64,000 bases of DNA from Camelus ferus (Eukaryota): the NCBI RefSeq assembly GCF_009834535.1, contig NC_045697.1, forward strand, positions 44,952,001 to 45,016,000, given 5' to 3'. Below the pieces are notes generated by a model that did no database searches, was not told where the DNA came from, and worked only from the letters and a program-made list of their open reading frames with translations. Of this stretch, positions 63,101 through 64,000 are shown in pieces; the stretch's first letter is position 1; each line of letters starts with the position of its first letter. The translations under genes and the position numbers were made by a program.

Positions 63101-64000
63101 TTCCTTCTACTTTTACGCATCTGTATTCACACAGCCCTTCCTCTCTGTATTTTGCACGTAATAATAATTAACAAGTATTTGCTGCATCCTGTACCCATCT
63201 CTCTGTCTTACTGCCTGTCACCTACATTGTCAGTTTCTCTACAAGGAAGAGCAGAAACCCATGCACAGAACAGGAATCTTACTGGTTAGGATTCAGGTTA
63301 CTCAGACCTGTTGCCCAGTCTTTTTGCTTTGGCCAAGATCAATCCTGACAGACTTCTCTGATGACAAGACAGCCTATCAGAAAGGACGCTGGATTGGGAC
63401 ATTTTGTGATATCTTGGCACAGATGGGAGAGTTATGGGTCCAACACATTGTTTTAAAAAAGACATGCTGTTTTTAAAGAAGTTTGTGATTTGGTCTCTTT
63501 CCTGAGAGCTCCAACCCCAGCCTCTTCCTTTATGTGATTCTCACATTATCATCTCATGAGGCAAAGGTGGACTGCCTTGGACTTGACCACCAGGGCTGGC
63601 ACACACGGGCAAAACTTGTGAGATGTATTTTTGGGCTTATACTGATATGTCCCTCAAGTTAAATAAATTCCATTGCTCTTTTTTTTTTTAAGGCAACACC
63701 CTTTTAAAAGACATTTTGGAGCAAGATAATGTTTATTTTCACTGCTGGAATGAGGGAATGAAGGAATGAGTGATTGGAGAATAAATCAGTAAAACAGTTT
63801 TAAAATATAAACCCCATCCCCCTCCTTGACATTAACGTTTCAATGTATGAGGATGCAGTGCTTCTTCCACTAAACCCTGGTCCTGAGTTTTTTTCCCTTT
63901 TCTCAATCTCTTCTAACTTGGAACATGACTCTTTCCCTTTTTCTCTTTAATATATATTTTTTTCAATCAGTGCAACATTTTAGGAGAGACTCCTTCCAAA

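Noticed and set aside
1..64000. Identity of a host gene or a novel multi-gene system
   Set aside because: No coding exon was recognised, so naming a gene or system would be unsupported. BLASTN or liftover of the unique blocks is needed.

Overview
This is eukaryotic, eutherian, non-coding DNA (intronic or intergenic), not a prokaryotic locus. I found no recognisable protein-coding exon, RNA gene, CRISPR array or operon, and the listed ORFs look like chance ORFs. The window is a mosaic of ancient mammalian repeats (MIR, L2, L1M, MaLR/ERVL solo LTRs, MER5/MER58/Charlie hAT and Tigger/MER47 DNA transposons). It also carries younger lineage-specific insertions: cetartiodactyl-type L1 3' ends with target-site duplications (TSDs) and two tRNA-derived SINEs resembling the camelid Vic-1 family. 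I saw no Alu, Bov-A/BovB, PRE-1 or Can-SINE, so a camelid source is inferred. Repeat subfamily names come from remembered consensus sequences, and boundaries of old repeats are approximate. The most notable observations are: (1) an inverted SINE fused head-to-head to an L1 3' end inside a single TSD; (2) an unassigned ~112-bp diverged direct repeat, one copy of which closes a ~500-bp unit with imperfect terminal inverted repeats; (3) a CpG-rich element with clustered K50-homeodomain motifs; (4) a still-readable fossil hAT/Charlie transposase C-terminus; and (5) a 144-nt frame-symmetric candidate exon. I cannot support a claim of a new biological system from the sequence alone.
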